This document shows, piece after piece, positions 10,804-21,443 of a stretch of DNA of 64,000 nt (positions are counted from its first letter, which is position 1; every line of letters starts with the position of its first letter). Location of the stretch: assembly GCA_013153515.1 (NCBI GenBank), contig JAADEI010000102.1, positions 2,721 through 66,720 on the forward strand, in the 5' to 3' direction. The position numbers and the translations under genes were made by a program. The notes under the pieces were generated by a model. The model had not been told where the DNA came from. It saw nothing but the letters and a program-made list of their open reading frames with translations, and made no database searches. The DNA is from Chlorobiota bacterium (lineage in GTDB: Bacteria; Bacteroidota; Bacteroidia; JAADEI01).

Positions 10804-13275
10804 TTAGAATGAGAAATTAAATCCTGCATATATCCCAAAGTTATAAGCTTCAGGGTTGTTTCGGTATGTTAATCGCCAGATCGCTACTATTCTGAACAAT
10901 TGTAATATGTTATCTATTCCCACGCCTGCTTCCACATAAGGAACCGGATAGGGCACATAATAAGTGAAATAGGTATTATATGAAGCGTTTTGAGGAGATA
11001 GGGTTCCGAACGCTACCCTCCCTTGAACAATTGTTCTTAGCTTTAGTTTCCGTAGCAATGGAAACATATCAAAAATCAAGCCTCTAAAATTGTGTTCGGC
11101 TCTCACTATCACATATCGGTCGGCAAGGAATTCATATGGATTCATAGCATTGTAGGTATATGGATTGTAGAAGAAGGTGTAGTTTCCCTCAAAGACTCCC
11201 AAAATAGGGAATGGGATATTGTTTCCATAGATTTTTCCTGCGGTGATGTCAACATATAGTCTCATTCTGGGTTTTATTTTGAATTTGTGATAGGTGTTAA
11301 ATCGCAAGTGATAGTATTGGTGTTTGCTACCAATGACGTCCGGCATACCATAATGGAAGCTGAGCAGGACAACAGGTAGTTTACTGCCCAGACTAACTCG
11401 CCAATACTTAGTATAGACAAACTTCTCTTTATATGCAAATCTAATGTGGAATGCTCCCTCGGTGATTATGTATTCCACTGCATTTTCCTCTGATGAGCTT
11501 GGGAAGGCGGGCGTTATTCGGTTGTGGAGAAATTCAATTTGAGATGAGAAGGAAGGGCTCATCTGATATTCATACCACAGCTTGCCCATCTTTTCAAAGA
11601 GCAGTCTCTGGGAAACCCCCTTTTTCTTTAAGCCGAAAGCTAGCAGGTTGTCCTTGTCCACTTCGCCCCATCTGAACGATTCCAAATTCAGGTCGTAGTG
11701 AGCGTGGATGCCCATCTGGTTCCAAGGTTTGAAAGAGAATGTGTGTCGGAAGGTTCCGCCATATTTGAACTTCTTATCCTTAAATCCATACGCTCCATAA
11801 ACAATAATCTGGCTTTTCTTACTAAGATATTTATTAGTTTTTATTCCCAGTCTCACTCTGATGCCTTCCACTTCATCGGTGCTAATCAAACTGAAATAAG
11901 GACCAATTTCAATTGCTTTGAGTTTGCCACTTAGCTGATAATATCCCGATACAATAGTTTTAATTATGTCAACATATGTCCTAAATACTGGTATTTGTTG
12001 AATGGTATCCACGAGCTTATAAACCTGTTTTTCTGTTTTACTAAGTTCTTCATGTCTTAAAGTGTCCCAAACCTCCTCATCAAGATCGTACGCATTAGGT
12101 CTAATAAAGACCTGATCTTCAAGTTCAAAAACACCTTTGAAAGTTTCATAATTCAAGTTCCAATCTCTGTAAGTTACCACCCTTTTACCCATTACGCCAA
12201 TTGTTCCTTCGGCAGGAGGCACAAAATCAACCATTAGTTTAGTCTTGCTTGGCATCCACCTGATGGTGTCATTGATGTTGACAGGTTCGCTCCTGAAATA
12301 TATGCTGGTTCTCTGAACCCAGTTAATGTTTGCCCACGGAACCTTTTCCATGCTCAATTGATAGATAGCGAAAGAAGAATCAATGACTATCATTTCTCCC
12401 ACGAAAGTGTTAGTTCCTTTACGCTTGGGTTCAAACCTAATTTTGAATGCCCGTTTTCCAAGAACTTTGAAAGTATCTATCACTGAATACCTGTAATATA
12501 ACATTCCGAACCTATTAAGTGGACTCACAAAATCAACATCAAATAGTGTTATCCAGTTGTCAAAAATGTTTATGTCTTGATAGAGCCCACCAAGATATTC
12601 CGTTACAGTACTGTTTTTTACGCCTGACATTTTAACTGCTATTATTTCCTCTTTCTCTGTTTGCGGAGTGCGTCTATAATATAATCTTGAAATAGTTTCC
12701 ACTAAGAAGACAGGTAAGAAAGGCTTTATATCTGAGGTGGTGTCAATCATATCGGCTATGAAAGAAAAGGGTCTTAACCATTTGTATTTCTTAAAAGCCT
12801 CTCTGGTTATGTTAGTTATGTCTAATTCTGTTCGTGTGTATAGTTCAACGCTGTAAGCAGGCAACCGTTGAATGTCGTGTTTCCTTTTGTTTTCGACAAT
12901 ATTAGAAAATAGTTCTTTCACTGGATCAACTCCCGGTTTAATGACCACTTCCGGAAGTTCTATCTCCGCTCGCTTTAGCCTCACTGTAAACACCAAAGGC
13001 TGAGAGGAAGGAGAGATAGGTCGTTTCCATATTTGATAGCCGATGACTTTTACAGTGAGCGTGTCCCCTTCCTTTACAGGTGCACTGAATTCAAAATATC
13101 CATCCAAATCAGTCATTGTGCCGTGCGAAGTGCCAAGGATAGCAACTCCGGCAAATGGGATTGGTTCCTCAGTGTGGTCGTCAATCACCCTCCCCTTGAT
13201 CACAGTTTGTTGGGCTAATGTGATATAATGAATACTAAAAATTAATGCCAGTAATAGCCCTAAAGGGAATCTCAT
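10804..13275 (-). CDS. carboxypeptidase-regulatory-like (CarboxypepD_reg) + DUF5686 domain protein
   Basis: 823 aa. Signal peptide, then VIKGRVIDDHTEEPIPFAGVAILGTSHGTMTDLDGYFEF, a CarboxypepD_reg fold. Size and architecture match the Bacteroidetes DUF5686 family. Confidence 0.65.
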   Translation of the reverse strand: MRFPLGLLLALIFSIHYITLAQQTVIKGRVIDDHTEEPIPFAGVAILGTSHGTMTDLDGYFEFSAPVKEGDTLTVKVIGYQIWKRPISPSSQPLVFTVRLKRAEIELPEVVIKPGVDPVKELFSNIVENKRKHDIQRLPAYSVELYTRTELDITNITREAFKKYKWLRPFSFIADMIDTTSDIKPFLPVFLVETISRLYYRRTPQTEKEEIIAVKMSGVKNSTVTEYLGGLYQDINIFDNWITLFDVDFVSPLNRFGMLYYRYSVIDTFKVLGKRAFKIRFEPKRKGTNTFVGEMIVIDSSFAIYQLSMEKVPWANINWVQRTSIYFRSEPVNINDTIRWMPSKTKLMVDFVPPAEGTIGVMGKRVVTYRDWNLNYETFKGVFELEDQVFIRPNAYDLDEEVWDTLRHEELSKTEKQVYKLVDTIQQIPVFRTYVDIIKTIVSGYYQLSGKLKAIEIGPYFSLISTDEVEGIRVRLGIKTNKYLSKKSQIIVYGAYGFKDKKFKYGGTFRHTFSFKPWNQMGIHAHYDLNLESFRWGEVDKDNLLAFGLKKKGVSQRLLFEKMGKLWYEYQMSPSFSSQIEFLHNRITPAFPSSSEENAVEYIITEGAFHIRFAYKEKFVYTKYWRVSLGSKLPVVLLSFHYGMPDVIGSKHQYYHLRFNTYHKFKIKPRMRLYVDITAGKIYGNNIPFPILGVFEGNYTFFYNPYTYNAMNPYEFLADRYVIVRAEHNFRGLIFDMFPLLRKLKLRTIVQGRVAFGTLSPQNASYNTYFTYYVPYPVPYVEAGVGIDNILQLFRIVAIWRLTYRNNPEAYNFGIYAGFNFSF

Positions 13276-13420
13276 TGCATTGTAACATTTGGTATGGTTT
13301 GTTAAGCCTGCAATAGGATGATAACAAAAATAGGATAAATATACTGCAAAGGCATAATGATAGTGTAGATGTAACTCTAAAAAGATAATCTAAAGATTAG
13401 AAAGTCAGTGTTTTAAAGAG

Positions 13421-13495
13421 GGTGGCTGACGGGACTCGAACCCGCGACCTCCAGGACCACAACCTGGCGCTCTAACCACCTGAGCTACAGCCACC
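13421..13495 (-). tRNA. tRNA-His (anticodon GTG) with genomically encoded G-1
   Basis: The reverse complement folds as a cloverleaf with an 8-bp acceptor stem (G-1:C73), D-arm GCTC/GAGC, anticodon arm CCAGG-TTGTGGT-CCTGG and T-arm GCGGG-TTCGAGT-CCCGT. CCA is not encoded. Confidence 0.9.
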
Positions 13496-13530
13496 GTGTT
13501 CTCAATTGCATTAAACCACTTGACAACCCC

Positions 13531-14052
13531 TTAAAGTTCCTTATACCATTGCGAATACATTACATATCTCTCCGCCTGTTCCCTTAGTTGTTTCTTCACT
13601 TCCTCAATGTCTATTTCTTTCAATGGCTTAGCCGGAATGCCTCCGTACACATAACCGCTTTTAAGCCTCGTGCCGGGAGTAACCACCGAGCCAGCCCCCA
13701 CAATAACACCGCTTTCAACTACGGCTCCATCCATTATAAGAGCTCCCATCCCAATCAAAACTAAGTCTTCAATAGTGCAACCATGAATAACACTGTTGTG
13801 CCCAATGGTAACATAATCACCAATGTAAGTGCCATATTTTTGATAGGTGCAATGGATGGTTACATTATCTTGAATGTTTGTTGCCTCCCCAATCCTCACT
13901 TCATTGACATCTCCCCTAACAACTGCGTTGAACCATACGCTGGACCCTTTCCCTAAAACAACATCACCTATAATTGTTGCTGAGGGTGCTAGAAAAACCC
14001 CTTCGCTAAGCCATGGCTTCTTGCCCCTAACTTCCCAAATCAATGCCATCAT
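13531..14052 (-). CDS. gamma-carbonic-anhydrase family / hexapeptide-repeat protein
   Basis: 173 aa with left-handed beta-helix hexapeptide repeats and the conserved gamma-CA-like N-terminus. Confidence 0.8.
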   Translation of the reverse strand: MMALIWEVRGKKPWLSEGVFLAPSATIIGDVVLGKGSSVWFNAVVRGDVNEVRIGEATNIQDNVTIHCTYQKYGTYIGDYVTIGHNSVIHGCTIEDLVLIGMGALIMDGAVVESGVIVGAGSVVTPGTRLKSGYVYGGIPAKPLKEIDIEEVKKQLREQAERYVMYSQWYKEL

Positions 14053-14080
14053 GTAGAAATTTCACGCAATACAAATATCA

Positions 14081-14088
14081 TAACTTTG
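14081..14088 (+). promoter_or_regulatory. Bacteroidetes-type -7 promoter element (TAACTTTG) upstream of rimP
   Basis: Exact TAnnTTTG match about 25 nt upstream of the rimP ATG. Confidence 0.4.
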
Positions 14089-14112
14089 CATTAAATTAAA
14101 AATTACACGACG

Positions 14113-14580
14113 ATGCTTGCCACAAAAGTGAAAAGATATGTTGAAGAGATGTTAGAGGGCAAATTAATGGAAATGGATGCCTTCTTAGTGGACATAGAAT
14201 ATATGCCTGAGAGCAGTGCCCTCTTCGTAGCCATAGATACCGACCCCGGTGTTACCGTGGACCAATGTGCCGATGTAGCACGGTTCCTCAGAGACAAATT
14301 GTCTGACTCCCCAATTGGAGAATACATACAACACATTCAGGTGTCTTCTCCCGGCCTAGACAGACCATTCAAAGTGCTTAGACAATACCAAAAGAATGTG
14401 GGAAGAGAAGTTAGGGTTGAACTGGTAGACCATACAGTGAAGGAAGGAGTCCTTTTATACGCCGATGCAGAAAAGATAGTACTTGGAATTGAATCAACAG
14501 ATAAGAGAATCGGAGAAATGGAACAAACGGAAATTCCTTTTGTTAAAATCAAACAAACGAGATTGATCTTGCGTTTCTAA
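14113..14580 (+). CDS. rimP: ribosome maturation factor RimP
   Basis: 155 aa, RimP-like throughout. Precedes nusA in the conserved rimP-nusA-infB order. Confidence 0.8.
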   Translation: MLATKVKRYVEEMLEGKLMEMDAFLVDIEYMPESSALFVAIDTDPGVTVDQCADVARFLRDKLSDSPIGEYIQHIQVSSPGLDRPFKVLRQYQKNVGREVRVELVDHTVKEGVLLYADAEKIVLGIESTDKRIGEMEQTEIPFVKIKQTRLILRF

Positions 14581-14600
14581 CCCTTAAAAATTTGTAGTGT

Positions 14601-15875
14601 ATGCCAAGAGGAAGTAGAGCAGACAGAAGGGAGGCACTCTTAGATGCTTTGATGGAGCTAAAAGAGTTCAAACGTGTGGACAAGGCTACCGCCGCTAAAA
14701 TAATAAAAGAGGCAATAGAAGAAATACTAATGGAAAAATTTGGTACTCTTGAGCCATTTGCGGTAAATATCAATCCTGACACCGGTGCATTTGAAATCTG
14801 GCAAGAAAGAGAGGTGGTCCCAGATGATGAGGTTGAAGATGAGCTAACACAAATAGGAATTTCTGAGGCTCAAGCTAAGGATCCAGACCTTGAAGAAGGA
14901 GATATCTATGTTGAAAGGCTTGACCCAGCTAAGATTTTCGAGAGGAGAAGAGCATATAAATTCAAAGATTTACTCTTGAAGAAATTAGCCGAACATCATA
15001 AAGAAAAGGTTTATCAAGCCTATAGAGATAAAATTGGAGATTTTGTTGTTGGGGAAGTCCATCAGGTCTATTCCAATAGAGACATTCTTGCCCTTGATGA
15101 TGAGGGAATTGAACTTTATCTGCCTGAAAAGGAACAGATTTATGCAGATAGATATAAGAAAGGAGACATAGTTAAAGCCATTGTTAAAAGAGTTGAAAAA
15201 TCCCCTAGTGGTGATCCTATAATTATTATCTCTAGGAAGGATCCTCGATTCCTAGAACGGCTTCTTGAGAGTGAAGTTATTGAAATAATGGATGGGTTAC
15301 TGAAGATCCATAAAGTAGTCAGATTCCCCGGTAAAAGAGCTAAGGTTTTGATTGAGTCCCTTGACGATCGGATTGATCCAGTTGGAGCTGTTGTGGGACC
15401 CCGAGGAACACGTATTCATGCAGTAGTCAGAGAATTAAGAGGCGAGACAATAGATGTTGTTCCTTACACAAACGATATTCATTTGCTTATTGCCAGAGCG
15501 TTAACCCCTGCCCGGGTCTCGGCAGTGGAAATTGATCCTGAGAATAAACAGGCAATCGTATATGTCCCACCGGATCAAATCTCTTTAGCAGTTGGAAAAG
15601 AAGGCATTAATATAAAGTTAGCATCTAAGCTTACAGGCTACGATATTGACGTAGTAAGGGAAGAAGCTAAACCTATAGAAGAAAGACCATTGATAGAATT
15701 TGCAGATTTGTTAGGTGAAGGAATAGTAAGGGAATTTATTGAAGCGGGGCTTGATACCGTCGGAGATGTTTTAGAACAATCATTAGATGACTTGAAGAAA
15801 ATGGTAGGATTGGATGCTGCCGTAGTGGAAGATGTCGTTAGACAGCTGACCCAATTAGTGGAACAGAACAGATAG
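14601..15875 (+). CDS. nusA: transcription termination/antitermination factor NusA
   Basis: 424 aa. S1 domain and KH domains (GPRGTRIHAVVRELRGETIDVV). Confidence 0.9.
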   Translation: MPRGSRADRREALLDALMELKEFKRVDKATAAKIIKEAIEEILMEKFGTLEPFAVNINPDTGAFEIWQEREVVPDDEVEDELTQIGISEAQAKDPDLEEGDIYVERLDPAKIFERRRAYKFKDLLLKKLAEHHKEKVYQAYRDKIGDFVVGEVHQVYSNRDILALDDEGIELYLPEKEQIYADRYKKGDIVKAIVKRVEKSPSGDPIIIISRKDPRFLERLLESEVIEIMDGLLKIHKVVRFPGKRAKVLIESLDDRIDPVGAVVGPRGTRIHAVVRELRGETIDVVPYTNDIHLLIARALTPARVSAVEIDPENKQAIVYVPPDQISLAVGKEGINIKLASKLTGYDIDVVREEAKPIEERPLIEFADLLGEGIVREFIEAGLDTVGDVLEQSLDDLKKMVGLDAAVVEDVVRQLTQLVEQNR

Positions 15876-15896
15876 TTTTAAGCATTTACATACTGT

Positions 15897-18749
15897 ATGG
15901 CAGAAAAAAAAGCAAAGAAAGGGAAGAAAGTCCAGCTGCAGAGGATTGTTAGGGATCTTAATAAACTAGGAATTAATGTAACTTTTGAGGATATTGTTGA
16001 GTATCTAAGAAGAGATTTAAAGTGGAAACCAGAAGAGCTCCCTGATTTGCCTTCCAAAAAAGTCGAACCTGAAATTGCGGATAAAATCTATAAATACTTT
16101 GGCAAGGAAGAACTAATCTTGCAAGAATCTGTTAAACAGGAAAAAACCAAAAAGGCAGAAACTGATTCTGAACAGGAAATTGAGCCTATTAAAGAGGCTC
16201 CACCAGAGGATATGGGTGTTCCGGAGAGAGAGACTTCATCAGAAGAAATTGAATTGCCCATTGTAGGATCACTGGATGAAATAAAGAAGAAGGAGAAAGA
16301 AGAAGTGGAGAAAGATGTAGAGGAACCAGGCGATAAGTCACCAGAGCTCAAGGTTGTCGGACATGTTGATATAGACAAACTCACAGCTAAAAAAACTAAG
16401 GAAGATTCAGAGAAGCCCTTAGAGGAAACAGTTCCGGAAACTGATACACAGACTGAACAGGAAGATGGCTTGACCATAACTAAAAGTTCTGAAGAAGCAA
16501 CACAACTCGCCTCATCTCAGGATGCGGAGGCTGACCTTGAGGAAGCTACTGCAGAACAGGAACCCACTTCCGGAGACATCGGCATTAAGATAGTTGATAA
16601 AGTTGATGCAGATAAGCTATATGTGGGGAAACCATCTAAAAAGAAGCGACAAGAAGAGGCGGAAGCGAAAGAGAACCAAGAGGAATTAACGAAGAGAACA
16701 ACAAAAGAGAAAAAGAAACAGGAGCATAGACCAGAAAAGAAAACTGTTCGGAAGAAAGTTCGTATTAAAGAGGAACCAAGACGCAGAACAGTAGCACAAC
16801 AAAAAGCCTCAAAAAAGGAAAGAAGAAAGAAAAAGCAAGTTGAGATTGACCAACAACAGGTCCAAGCCAATGTAAGACAAATTCTCCATGGGCAATCAAC
16901 TAAGACTAAGAAGAAGAAAAAGAGACAAAGAGAAGAGATACAAGAGGAGGGCAGTGTCCTTGAAGTTACAGAGTTTATTACATTAGGAGAATTGGCTTCA
17001 TTAATGGGGGTTCCGCCAAACGAATTGATCGCTAAGAGCCTCCAACTAGGCAAAATGGTTACTATAAATCAACGACTGGAAAAAGACCTTATTGAACTAT
17101 TAGCAGCTGAATATGGCTATGAAGTTTCCTTCGTTGATGTTAAAGAACAATTGGAAGAGGAGGAAGAAGAATCAGTAGAAAGCTTAGAACTTATTGAAAG
17201 ACCACCTATAGTGGTTGTTATGGGACACGTGGACCACGGTAAAACCAAATTGCTTGACTACATTAGAAGAACAAACGTTATTGCGGGAGAGGCAGGAGGC
17301 ATAACACAACATATAGGGGCATATCAAGTAGCCTTAGATGATGGCAGGAAAATAACATTTCTGGACACGCCCGGACATGAGGCATTCACGGCTATGAGAG
17401 CCCGAGGTGCTAAGGTGGCAGACATAGCCATAATTGTTGTGGCTGCTGATGAAGGGGTAATGCCCCAAACAAAAGAAGCTATTAACCACGCCAAAGCAGC
17501 CGGACTAGAAATAGTATTTGCTATAAACAAGATTGACAAACCAAATGCTAAACCAGAAAGAGTTAAACAGCAATTGGCTGAATTGGGATACCTCCTTGAG
17601 GACTGGGGAGGTGAATACACATCTCAGGAGATTTCGGCTCTGACAGGTCAAGGCGTGGATGAACTCTTAGAAAAAGTCCTCATCCTCGCTGAATTGATGG
17701 AACTTAAGGCACCCATTAATGTCAAGCCCAAAGGGTATGTTATAGAAGCCTCTAAACAAAAAGGTTTAGGCAATGTGGCAACAGTTATTGTTCGGGAAGG
17801 AATCCTAAAACCCCGGATGCCTTTGGTCGCAGGAGCCCACTTCGCCAAAGTCCGAACAATGATTGATGAAAGGGGCAAACGAGTTGAGGAGGCATATCCC
17901 GGAACACCGGTTAGAATAACAGGGTTTGAATCCTTGCCAGATGCCGGTGATAAGTTTGTGGTCTATGAAGATGAGCGTAAAGCCCGTGAAATAGCACAGA
18001 ACCGCCAAAGATTGCTCAGGGAACAGATGCTACACGCAAAAGCAAGATTAACACTTGATGAAGCCTCTCAGAAAGCCGCCGCCGGTGAATTGCGTGAGTT
18101 GCCTATCATACTTAAAGTTGACACATATGGCTCATTGGAAGCCATCAGAGATGCCCTGCTGAAACTTAATGAGGAGAATGACGAGGTTTTCTTGAGAATC
18201 GTTCATGCCGATGTCGGTCAAATCAGTGAATCTGACGTAATGCTTGCAGCAGCTTCAAACGGGGTGGTAATCGGATTTCAAGTTAGACCGAACTTGCAGG
18301 CAAGACAGGCTGCTGAAAGGGAAGCAGTAGAGATAAGAACCTATTCGGTTATTTATGATTTGATTGAGGACATTAGGAGTGCCATGGAAGGAATGCGTAA
18401 GCCACGGGAAGTTCAAGTGCCCATTGGCATAGCTGAAGTGAGAGAAACATTTAAGATAAAGAAGATTGGCACCGTGGCTGGATGTTATGTGAAAGAGGGC
18501 AAGTTAGTGAGGGGAGGTAAGGTTAATGTTGTTAGGAATGGTGTGGTTGTATATACCGGAGAGATTGATTCCCTTAAGAGACATAAAGAAGACGTTAAGG
18601 AGGTGAGGGCAGGATTGGAGTGCGGTGTTCATATCAAAGGGTTTAATGACGTTAAGAAAGGCGATGTTCTTGAAGCGTTTGAGATTGTCCTTGTCAAGCC
18701 GGGAGAAGAGGTTCCCAAGGGTATTGCCTCTGCAACGGATGAAGTATAA
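15897..18749 (+). CDS. infB: translation initiation factor IF-2
   Basis: 950 aa. K/E-rich low-complexity N-terminal region and the GTPase domain ([28 protein letters not shown]). Confidence 0.95.
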   Translation: MAEKKAKKGKKVQLQRIVRDLNKLGINVTFEDIVEYLRRDLKWKPEELPDLPSKKVEPEIADKIYKYFGKEELILQESVKQEKTKKAETDSEQEIEPIKEAPPEDMGVPERETSSEEIELPIVGSLDEIKKKEKEEVEKDVEEPGDKSPELKVVGHVDIDKLTAKKTKEDSEKPLEETVPETDTQTEQEDGLTITKSSEEATQLASSQDAEADLEEATAEQEPTSGDIGIKIVDKVDADKLYVGKPSKKKRQEEAEAKENQEELTKRTTKEKKKQEHRPEKKTVRKKVRIKEEPRRRTVAQQKASKKERRKKKQVEIDQQQVQANVRQILHGQSTKTKKKKKRQREEIQEEGSVLEVTEFITLGELASLMGVPPNELIAKSLQLGKMVTINQRLEKDLIELLAAEYGYEVSFVDVKEQLEEEEEESVESLELIERPPIVVVMGHVDHGKTKLLDYIRRTNVIAGEAGGITQHIGAYQVALDDGRKITFLDTPGHEAFTAMRARGAKVADIAIIVVAADEGVMPQTKEAINHAKAAGLEIVFAINKIDKPNAKPERVKQQLAELGYLLEDWGGEYTSQEISALTGQGVDELLEKVLILAELMELKAPINVKPKGYVIEASKQKGLGNVATVIVREGILKPRMPLVAGAHFAKVRTMIDERGKRVEEAYPGTPVRITGFESLPDAGDKFVVYEDERKAREIAQNRQRLLREQMLHAKARLTLDEASQKAAAGELRELPIILKVDTYGSLEAIRDALLKLNEENDEVFLRIVHADVGQISESDVMLAAASNGVVIGFQVRPNLQARQAAEREAVEIRTYSVIYDLIEDIRSAMEGMRKPREVQVPIGIAEVRETFKIKKIGTVAGCYVKEGKLVRGGKVNVVRNGVVVYTGEIDSLKRHKEDVKEVRAGLECGVHIKGFNDVKKGDVLEAFEIVLVKPGEEVPKGIASATDEV

Positions 18750-18756
18750 AAAACTC

Positions 18757-19629
18757 TTACGTCTTAACGCAAAGTTGTTGAAGTAACTCTTTCCAGAAGG
18801 AAGGCAAGGAGGTTGAATTGAAAGGTTTGCCTTCGTAACGGTCGGTTATAAAAATCCATTTGCCAAATAAGCCTTTTCTTATATACTTAATGAATGGCGT
18901 AAGTTCTTCCCATGATGAAACATATATAATTGAAATGCTTCTGTTCCTCAAATCCTTGTTAGGAATTATCTCTTTTGAAATGCCCATGTTTTCATAGACA
19001 ATCACAGCATCGGCTATTTCTATAAACCGCTCTGGATTTAAAGAGTTAGACAGATTTATAATAATGAAATCATAACCCAATTCACGGGCAATCTCACTTA
19101 GTTGTGCATAATAGCTAAGCATATCAGGGTTATCTAACACTTCATCAAGCAGTATCCCATTTATTTCTGGAAGAAGGTCTTGAATGTGAATCAGTTGGCG
19201 GGCAATTTCTTCCATAGGTCTTTCACCATATTTGGTAGGGATTCTGATAGCAATATGAAATTTCAAATTTCGTGCTATTTGAAGATATCGCCTTAGTTCC
19301 GATATGTCTCCTGCTTTAATGTGTTCTTCTTCCAAAACAATGATTGGCTTAGTGCATTTAGAAAGTTGAGTAAGAAGGGAGTCCCAGTTAATTTGTGTCG
19401 GTGAGCTAATTGGGAAGATTATGCTTGTGTTGTCGGGATAGAGATTGGTGGCGTCAAATTTGGAATAAGGTTCCACCTGACAGGAGTAGAGAATCGTGAT
19501 GATGATGCCCGTGATAACGAATATATTTTGGAGCAATCCCATCGGGATTAATTCAAACTTTAATAAGGTCAAACAAGTCAATATGTAGAGGAGTATTATC
19601 CACCCTAACGAAGCCTTCTGCTTTATCAA
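18757..19629 (-). CDS. hypothetical membrane-anchored protein (start probably at internal Met near 19542)
   Basis: The track ORF overlaps the upstream deacetylase gene by 77 nt. The internal MGLLQNIFVITGIIITILYS start gives a TM anchor 10 nt downstream of the deacetylase stop. No recognised domain. Confidence 0.45.
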   Translation of the reverse strand: MIKQKASLGWIILLYILTCLTLLKFELIPMGLLQNIFVITGIIITILYSCQVEPYSKFDATNLYPDNTSIIFPISSPTQINWDSLLTQLSKCTKPIIVLEEEHIKAGDISELRRYLQIARNLKFHIAIRIPTKYGERPMEEIARQLIHIQDLLPEINGILLDEVLDNPDMLSYYAQLSEIARELGYDFIIINLSNSLNPERFIEIADAVIVYENMGISKEIIPNKDLRNRSISIIYVSSWEELTPFIKYIRKGLFGKWIFITDRYEGKPFNSTSLPSFWKELLQQLCVKT

Positions 19630-20269
19630 CGCCTATGTAGAACCCCCACATAGATGCTCGGGACTCAAGAAATTCCATAAACCTTTTGGTTGATAGAATT
19701 GTCTCGGGAGCCGGATAAGCAGGGTCGAACTGTGAGCGGTAGCATTGCAACGACGACACCTTGTCAACCCACGTGTCTGTTACGTCAATTAATATCTCAG
19801 GGTGAATGTATGTGTGTTGAATGTAATGAAGAACCAAGCTTGGTCTGTGAGGGTTAGGCACCCGAGTTCCCCAAAGGTTCCTGAGTCCAGCCATAAAAAT
19901 TGCACGTTTGATTAGCCGGAACGACCGCTCGTGGTCCGGATGCCTCTCCACAGGCGAAGGTATAAGGGCTATATCTGGTTTTAAGAGCCGGATTGCATCA
20001 ACTACCTTGATTAAAGCCTCTCTGTCTTCCTCAAAGAAGATATCCTCAAGCCTTAGGTTTATTCGTTTCCTGATGCCTAATTGTTGGGCAGCACAAACTG
20101 CTTCGGCAAGCCTCTCCTCAACACTGCCCCTCGTTCCATAATCCCCAGCAGTTAAGTCAACTATGAAAACATTGTGTCCCAACTTGCTATATTTAGCCAA
20201 AGTTCCTCCACAAGCTAACTCAACATCGTCAGGGTGTGCCCCAAATGCCACGATATTAAGCGTCTTCAT
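19553..20269 (-). CDS. bshB1: PIG-L/LmbE family N-acetylglucosaminyl deacetylase, BshB1-like
   Basis: 238 aa. AFGAHPDDVELACGGTLAK with the HPDH zinc-binding motifs of LmbE/BshB. bshC is also in this window. The start overlaps the upstream DUF721 gene by 4 nt. Confidence 0.65.
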   Translation of the reverse strand: MKTLNIVAFGAHPDDVELACGGTLAKYSKLGHNVFIVDLTAGDYGTRGSVEERLAEAVCAAQQLGIRKRINLRLEDIFFEEDREALIKVVDAIRLLKPDIALIPSPVERHPDHERSFRLIKRAIFMAGLRNLWGTRVPNPHRPSLVLHYIQHTYIHPEILIDVTDTWVDKVSSLQCYRSQFDPAYPAPETILSTKRFMEFLESRASMWGFYIGVDKAEGFVRVDNTPLHIDLFDLIKV

Positions 20270-20562
20270 ACGAATTTTATTTTGGAAAACTTGAATCCGG
20301 CACGCCGAACCTCCCTTAACATCGCTTCACCATGAAAACTCAATTCCCTTTTTAGAGAGGGCTCTGAAACTTTTAGGATTAAAGTGTCCTTTTTCCAAAG
20401 TACATCCTTTATCAAATCGCGCCGCCATCTTTTGCGACAATACTCATTAAGCAAGGTCATGACCTTAAACCTCAAGTATTGAACAGTGAAATTTTTTAAC
20501 TCCGGACTTCTCAGTAAAAATCTAAATAATTCCTTTATGCTTCTAGGGTTATTGTGAGGCAT
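20266..20562 (-). CDS. DUF721 (DciA-like) domain protein
   Basis: 98 aa. The C-terminal LILKVSEPSLKRELSFHGEAMLREVRRAGFKFSKIKF matches the DUF721 pattern. Confidence 0.5.
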   Translation of the reverse strand: MPHNNPRSIKELFRFLLRSPELKNFTVQYLRFKVMTLLNEYCRKRWRRDLIKDVLWKKDTLILKVSEPSLKRELSFHGEAMLREVRRAGFKFSKIKFV

Positions 20563-20606
20563 GCCGAAAGCAAAAATAAGCAGTTCAACCCTACCAGAGA
20601 CTCAAC

Positions 20607-21302
20607 CTATTGATGAATTCCGCATTCTGTCTTTTGCAATCCACGCCATCTGCCCGCTCGCCACTCCTCCCCTTCCGCTACCGGTGTTGTGCAGGGCATA
20701 CAGCCAATGCTTGGGTAACCCTTGTCATGGAGAGGATTATAGGGTAAATTATGCTTTTTTACGTAGTCCCAGACCTGTTCCCATGTCCAATATGCCAGTG
20801 GATTCACTTTATATAAGTTGTTCTTGTTGTCCCACATAATTGTTTCGGCGGTTGCCCGAGATGGACTCTGTTCCCTTCGGATGGATGTTATCCATGCTTT
20901 TTTGCCGTCAAGAGCTTTTTTCAATGGTAGAACCTTTCGTATAAAACAACACAGGTCAGGGTTCCTATACCATAAGTTTTTGCCAAAAATTTCTTCTTGA
21001 TCTTTAAGGCTAATGCCCCGATATGTCTTTATTTTAAGTCCAAAAGTTTTTTCTATGTGTTCTTTAAGAGCATATGTCTCAGGGAATAATAGTTCAGTGT
21101 CCAGTAAAAAAATCTCTATCCCTGCATTCATTTTATATAAGTGATGTAAAATAACAATTCCTTCAATCCCCAGAGCAGTGGCAAAGGATATGGAATCTTT
21201 CCCAAACAGAGAAATAGATTCTGAGAGGATTGTTTCAGCGCTACTGGTTCGCCACCTGTCCTGTAGCTCCCTTAGTTGTTCTTCAGTTAAAATCTCCATC
21301 AT
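20607..21302 (-). CDS. cysH: assimilatory adenylyl-sulfate (APS)/PAPS reductase CysH, Fe-S type
   Basis: 231 aa with the PAPS-reductase fold and C-terminal ECGIH. The CC...CxxC cysteines (DLCCFIRK and GCMPCT) are typical of 4Fe-4S APS reductases. Confidence 0.75.
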   Translation of the reverse strand: MMEILTEEQLRELQDRWRTSSAETILSESISLFGKDSISFATALGIEGIVILHHLYKMNAGIEIFLLDTELLFPETYALKEHIEKTFGLKIKTYRGISLKDQEEIFGKNLWYRNPDLCCFIRKVLPLKKALDGKKAWITSIRREQSPSRATAETIMWDNKNNLYKVNPLAYWTWEQVWDYVKKHNLPYNPLHDKGYPSIGCMPCTTPVAEGEEWRAGRWRGLQKTECGIHQ

Positions 21303-21443
21303 TATAAAGTTTCAAAACAAATATATTAATTGCCTGAAAAAGATTTTATGAGACGCATAATCAAGATTTCCGAATCATGATATCAATTTTCTATTTTAGA
21401 GTGAGTTGTGTAAGTTAGTAATTACGTTTTTAAAAATCTATCC

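Noticed and set aside
13421-13495. tRNA-His lacking an encoded 3' CCA and having an extra 5' G
   Set aside because: Both are normal. CCA is added post-transcriptionally in many bacteria, and the encoded G-1 paired with C73 is the hallmark of bacterial tRNA-His.
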